From Squalus acanthias (Eukaryota): 64,000 nt of DNA. The notes beneath the pieces are model-generated. The model made no database searches. It saw only the letters and a list, made by a program, of their open reading frames with translations, and was not told where the DNA came from. The position numbers were made by a program, and so were the translations under genes. The stretch is taken from contig JASTWF010000244.1 in assembly GCA_030390025.1 (NCBI GenBank), positions 186,001 to 250,000 of the forward strand. Reading direction: 5' to 3'. Each line of letters opens with the position of its first letter. The stretch's first letter is position 1. This document shows, in pieces, positions 59,862 through 64,000 of this stretch.

Positions 59862-61780
59862 TAGTGCTACCCCAGTGGCTGCAGCATGGCTAGTGGAAGG
59901 CTGCTGACTTTCAGTGGGCGAAGACTGTAGATGGCCTTGCAGGACGACCTCGAGCAGCTCTCGGCCTAGAAGGCCCGGCTTTGGACTGCACCACCTCAGG
60001 ATGGGTGGCAGCAGTCTGGGCTGGCTGGCTGACGGACAACAGCAAGGGCATTGATGGAGTGGCAGTGGTGGAAGGATGAATACTGTCATCCTGAGAGAGA
60101 ACGGCAGGTTCATGCTCCATGTTGCCAATGACACTCTACTGGGGTGGCACCTCAGCAATCCTAGTCATCTGATGGATGACAGATTGCTGGACTACTGTGA
60201 CACCCTACAAGTCCCTTTCAACTCTAGTAACTGCAGTCATGATGGCAGCAGTCTGCTTGCATGGCAACAAGCTGAGCTTGCATGACTTCAGTTTGAGCTT
60301 CCACTGCAGCACTCAGACGTAGGGTGGCTTCTGCTTGTGCTGCAATGGAAGCTGAGACATCGGCCATCAGACGCTGCATCATGGTCGGGTCCACAAGTGC
60401 GCTAATGGATCTGTCCACCCCTTCCACGCTGGAATGGATGGGCTCCAAGCTCTGCGCAAAGCCATGTCCAATATTGATGCTGGTCTCCTCCATGCTCCTT
60501 GACATTGCATTCAGGCTTTCTGGCAGGCCTACCAATGCACCAAGCATTTCATTATGCATACCCATCAGTCTTCTTCTGTAGGCTGCCCCATCGAGGTCCT
60601 CATCTGAGTCTTGTGCAGCAGAACTCGTGCGACCTCGCCCTCTGGGGAACTGGCACCTGAACTACCATTTCCCCTGCCCTGGCTGCAGCCGACTTGTGCC
60701 CGGTGACTCACCATGTCCGGATCCTGTCTCTATGCTACCTTCTAAAGTACGCGCATTGCCAGTATCTGAGCTGGTGTCTGCGGGTGTTAGATCAAGTGAC
60801 AGTGTTTCTTATTCATCAGTGTTTTCTTCCTCTTCCACCACTGTCTGCCCAGGTTGGAGTTCTTGGGTGTCTGAAAGGAGAAAGGCACAAGGGTAGGGTT
60901 GTGGTGATGGGGGCGAGAAGCACGATCTGCACGCTTACACCATGTGCAGCTTATAAATCAGAAGAGAGTGTGGGATGAAGGGAAAGTGGAATGTGAGAAG
61001 GAGGATTAGGTATGAGCGTACCATCACCTTCAATGGTTTCAGCCCCGCCGCTGGCCATGGGCTCAGTCACGGCCGCTCCAATAATGCCAAGCACCGCCTC
61101 CTCCATCGAGGTTAGGATATGCAGGTGCACCTGTCCCCCTCCGGTTAGCTGCTGCTGCCTGCGGTTGTGCGACACCTTCTCCTGTAAGAGAGAGGGAAGT
61201 GTGTCAGTGAGTGTGGTGCAATGTGTTTGGTTGGTGTGGCTGTCATGGATGATTTGCTGGCAGTGTGTGCAAGCTGTGAGATATGGGTGTGAGGCTTGCA
61301 GCAGTGGTAAGTGTGTGACGGTGGAGTGGAGCTATGAATGTGAGGTTTGAGTCATGAGTGATCGAGATTGTTGGTAGGTGAGCGATAGGGGTGTGGTGCA
61401 TTGAGCAGTGTGTGAGGCTAGTAGTGCACTTGGTGGGATACGGCATTTGAAGATTCACTGACATTGACCACTCGTGTGAGGCCATGGAACTTGTTTTGGC
61501 GCTGCATCCAGGTCCTTGTGGCAACTCTGCTGGCATTTACCTCCACTGCTCTCTGTTCCCACTGCCTTCGCAGTGTCTGTCTGGGTGGACTCCTGGCCCC
61601 CTGCGGATGCAGGATCTCTCTCTTTCTGTCTGCCTCCTGCACTAAGGCCTCCAGCGCTGTGTCGTAGCCCCTCTCTGGCATGTTGTGCCATTCCTGTGTG
61701 TTTCCCAGGTGAAACTCCCTTGTGCAATGACTTCCAACACCTGCTCTCGTCAAACTGCACCTCCCCTTTAAGAGAAAATC
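59862..61780 (-). mobile_element. Harbinger element right part with spliced Myb/SANT-like gene remnant
   Basis: LEALVQEADRKREIL..QWEQRAVEVNA..RTWMQRQNKF (61418-61753) and RRQQQLTGGG..LTSMEE (60951-61175), separated by GT-AG introns; convergent with the transposase remnant at 52663. Confidence 0.78.
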
Positions 61781-63475
61781 TTAAAAATCCTGTTTTTATT
61801 TCAGTTTGGATTTCTAGCATTTGCAGATTATCCTTTTATATTTTTCTGTTTACATTAAATCTTCTCTTTATGCCCATTGGCTGTATTGATGCTTGTGCTG
61901 GAAATCCAGATCAGAAGATATCTATCATGGGGAAGACGGTGGCAATCCAAAGTCTGCCTGTGGGCCAGCTTTCAAATTAAAAAACATTGCTTTGAGCAAA
62001 GTGTTATTCATCTGCCAATGAGCAATGTTGCTGAACAGTTGAGCAGCCACTCGCTCTAATTTGTAAATTAACTTTTTCAAAGCCTGATATACCACTCAAA
62101 AAGGGATACAGTCATACTCGCTCCATTTATACATGCCATTAGGTCCGTAGTCTCCCGAACAGTAACATATTTTAAACAGCTGATCGGTAGTCTTCTGAAC
62201 TCTCCTTCCCTTCAATATACCAGAATGTGAGCAGTTCATTCGGGTTTTGGCAGCTTACTGACCTGCAGGTTAAACTGCTGTTATAATTCAAGAGAAAACA
62301 AGTGAAGCATTTGCTTTAATACAGCAAGTATAAAGGAGCTATTATGAACCTAGTCACCTTCTGGATGCTTGTAGGACAGCAAAGCTTTAAAAGTTCAGTT
62401 ACAATTTAACATGTGATTGCTCTCAGTGTTGCCCAGCATTCAATAATTCAACATGCAGGCACAATTAATATCTGTGCAGCACTCTGCTTAAAGTGTTGGA
62501 ATTTGAATTGACAGCTGGGGCATCATGGGATTGTCACCTGTAGATTTTGTGATTATTCTTTTATTGTAACTGGAGATCTGTCCAAATCGATCACTAGAAC
62601 TCGATTCCACACTATTTAAGCAATTAAAAAGACAATTCGTATTAAAAGGGAGTTCAATTTGCCACGGGAAAACTACTGAGAGTTACCCCAATGACATTCA
62701 CTGTTTTATTGTTGAAAGTTGAAATCAGAGCTGATAACATGGCGGAAATACTGCTCAGAAACTGTAAACCTTTAAGAAAAGGAAGCTATGAAGTGATTTA
62801 ATAAAAGCTACAGTGAAATCAGTTACATTGTTGACTGGGCCTCTCTTCAGATGAGACTAGCTTCTTAGTTTATGCAGTGGAACTAAAGTAAAAATAACTT
62901 GCATGAACTTTGTACTCCTATCACGCACTTAACCCCATCGAACTAATAACTAATCCCTTCACAGACCGACTCAACTCGATCTAAGCAAACTTCTGTGGGC
63001 AAACACCCTTGCCTGAATCCTCCCCATCTCTGATTTTGAACTGTTGCTTGTGCCCTGCTTCCTCTGCTCCACCATGGGAGTGTTTATTCAGTCAAAATAA
63101 CTTGAATTTTCTTCCCAAAATCAGTCTGCATTGCTAGTTCCTTCCATGTCTTTGAAGGCCTAATTTAAGAAAATCTTTCCGACCATGCCCCTCTCCCTTA
63201 CCCTTTCCCCAATTTTTGCTTTTCATGCCTACTGCCGATCTTGGCCCCTTGTGAATGATCGTTTACATGCGAAGATCCATATAAATGCATTATCAAAATC
63301 GCTGTCCGGTAGAACTGAACTGCTCAGGATTTATTTTAGGTGAACTGCTGCAGATTGTAAAACATGTAACATTAATTATAAGCATATTTGCTGAGAAATT
63401 ACACTATTTTCAGTGGAATTTCAGTGTATAATCAGGGTAGCCCTTCTCCTGATTTGCTCGCCGAGTGAGGTAATT

Positions 63476-63500
63476 TATATATATATATATATATATATAT
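63476..63500. repeat. (AT)n microsatellite
   Basis: About 12 AT units. Confidence 0.95.
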
Positions 63501-64000
63501 TAAAATGAGGGTCAGTAAAACTGCATCTCCGAGTTTCCTGATTTTACACTCCGTGCATTTGGAATAAGTTAGAATGAGAATTATAAGGAATAGTTGTTTC
63601 CAGGATAAGCTGAGACAGGCATAAGTGAGGAGTTTGTGAGTGTGAAGGTGTGGACAGTTTCAGTCGTGATTTTTGCAGCTATTTGTCTTTTTTTTGCCAT
63701 TCTGCCGACGCAGACCTGAACTTGCTTCTCGCTGCTTCTGACCGTGTGAGACCACCGGGACATTTAAAACCCCACCCCTCACCCAGAGCGAGGGCTTTTT
63801 AGGAGATGATATGGCTTTCCCTATGGGATGTGCTTGTATGCCATTATCACGGAGTAGGTTGAGACAAAGGAGAGTAAGGCAGCATTTGAGGAGGGTGGAT
63901 CCCACCAGATATTACTCCCAGTAATCATCACATGATTCCATAAGTCACACGAAATAAGTGCACTCCTTCCTGTCTAACTATAACCTCTATGAAGAACAAA

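Noticed and set aside
61800-64000. Transmembrane exon of gene 2
   Set aside because: No phase-1 exon encoding a hydrophobic helix was recognised; it is probably beyond the window.

Overview
Vertebrate genomic DNA, most likely from a cartilaginous fish (inferred from the repeat content: HE1/V-SINE-like SINEs, CR1 LINEs, Penelope elements). It holds two tandem + strand immunoglobulin-superfamily genes of the B7-H6 (NCR3LG1) type, embedded in dense transposon sequence. Gene 1 (leader exon not seen, presumably upstream of the window) has exons IgV (1853-2218), IgC1 (6051-6371) and a transmembrane exon (12000-12116, missed by the ORF track), followed by SIX more Ig C1-set exons (13324-25180). These lie C-terminal to a single type-I TM helix ending in KFLRK, so they are predicted to be cytoplasmic. 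Four of the six have lost one cysteine of the canonical Ig disulfide, as expected for cytosolic domains. This copy also shows possible lesions: a frameshift at the end of the first post-TM exon, an AT instead of AG acceptor at the second, and a TAA just before the last donor. Gene 2 has a CpG-island promoter and leader exon (34301-34376), IgV (48846-49187) and IgC1 (51506-51826), and runs off the window. Other notable items are minimal hammerhead-ribozyme motifs tied to Penelope elements (including a perfect 88-bp-arm palindrome with one on each strand), a CR1 inserted into its own family member to give an in-frame endonuclease-less RT ORF, a split Harbinger transposon, MITEs, SINEs and a 455-N gap. 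Exon boundaries were read by eye, repeat boundaries are approximate, and no database search was run.
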